DNA of 64,000 nt from Lytechinus pictus (lineage: Eukaryota): assembly GCF_037042905.1 (NCBI RefSeq), contig NC_087251.1:12030001-12094000 (forward strand), in the 5' to 3' direction. Of this stretch, positions 63,131 through 64,000 are shown in pieces. Made by a program: the position numbers and the translations under genes. The notes below the pieces were generated by a model. That model had not been told where the DNA came from. It was given only the letters and a program-made list of their open reading frames with translations, and ran no database searches. Within the stretch, counting starts at the first letter, position 1; each line of letters begins with the position of its first letter.

Positions 63131-64000
63131 AGCGATATGAAGGGCTTAATTTGGGAACGATTTGGCCGGGGTTTTGCGTCACCCCACCAGTCTTGCTGAT
63201 AGACATAAAGCTGATTTGTGATCGAACAATACCCAAAATTTCTAACCAAGCAAAGTGCCCGGCCTCACGAACGTGTTCTGTGCCCCTTTTACCCAAGAAG
63301 GATCGACCCATTTTATGCCGTAAGCATGTGCCCCTTTGCTTTCTTATAGGTGCCCTTTCTTGTATCAGCTCCTTTTACCTAAGAAACGTGCCCCTCGATC
63401 ACAAACATGCTCTTTACCCCTTTCACCTGAGAAGGACCTGTTTTATGTTTTAATGAGTGCCCCTTTGAAACAAGAAAACAACTTTTCTATTTTTATATGT
63501 ATACTACTTATGCAGGATTTTTTTAGAGTAACCCTGATGTATCACAAAATTTGATTTTCTTTATAATAGTGTCATTTTTTTGCTCGCTCGCAACTTCTTA
63601 TAAATTTTATGTGATGCGACATATTATCTAGCGAGGGTGGGAGGGTTTGGGTATAGTTGCCTTTTGACTCTGCAAATAATGGTTTGGAAGTGCTAATTGT
63701 AGGAGGGGCAGGTTGCCTGCCCCCCAAGGCGTGTGAGTGGACACCAAGGCCAGAGAGGGTGACCACCAGGTGGGAGAGTTGTGGCCGGGACTGCGCTTTT
63801 GGGGGGTTTTGGCGGCCATTTTGGATTTTGGCCCGGCACACTTTTTTCTCGGACCCGAGACGAGAGGTGTTGTCGTTTCATGTTGAGATAAGGTAAAAGG
63901 AACACAAAAAAACTGTTCCCACAGTAAAACCAAAAATCACCCATTTATAGCCCATTCCTACTATTATGTAAACCTGACAGTTCAATTTATATATTTGTTA

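Overview
Eukaryotic, AT-rich genomic DNA from a spliced-gene animal. The repeat repertoire looks like an echinoderm or marine deuterostome (inference only). Three genes can be built by hand with GT-AG junctions and consistent reading phases. (1) A 7-exon ZNF318-like gene on + (CDS 11116-24140, about 2321 aa). (2) A 10-exon ERLEC1 gene on - (CDS 62497-39472, about 457 aa). (3) The 32-codon first coding exon of an Exportin-5-like gene on - (10807-10712), absent from the ORF track and head-to-head with ZNF318 (ATGs 308 bp apart). The rest is dense in non-autonomous transposons whose ends and target-site duplications (TSDs) can often be read exactly. The most unusual structure is a group of CAC...GTG-ended elements with a hairpin near one end: three are stacked at one 8-bp site (GTTCTGGT) in ERLEC1 intron 1, and a homologous hairpin end recurs as an inverted pair at about 3.6-10.3 kb. 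Also notable are a foldback element with 16-bp tandem-repeat termini that was duplicated in inverted orientation with its nested hAT-like passenger, and a CAC-ended, 4-bp-TSD element with asymmetric bipartite TIRs. No transposase ORF, CRISPR array, rRNA or genuine tRNA gene was seen. Superfamily names rest on end/TSD signatures only, not on database searches.
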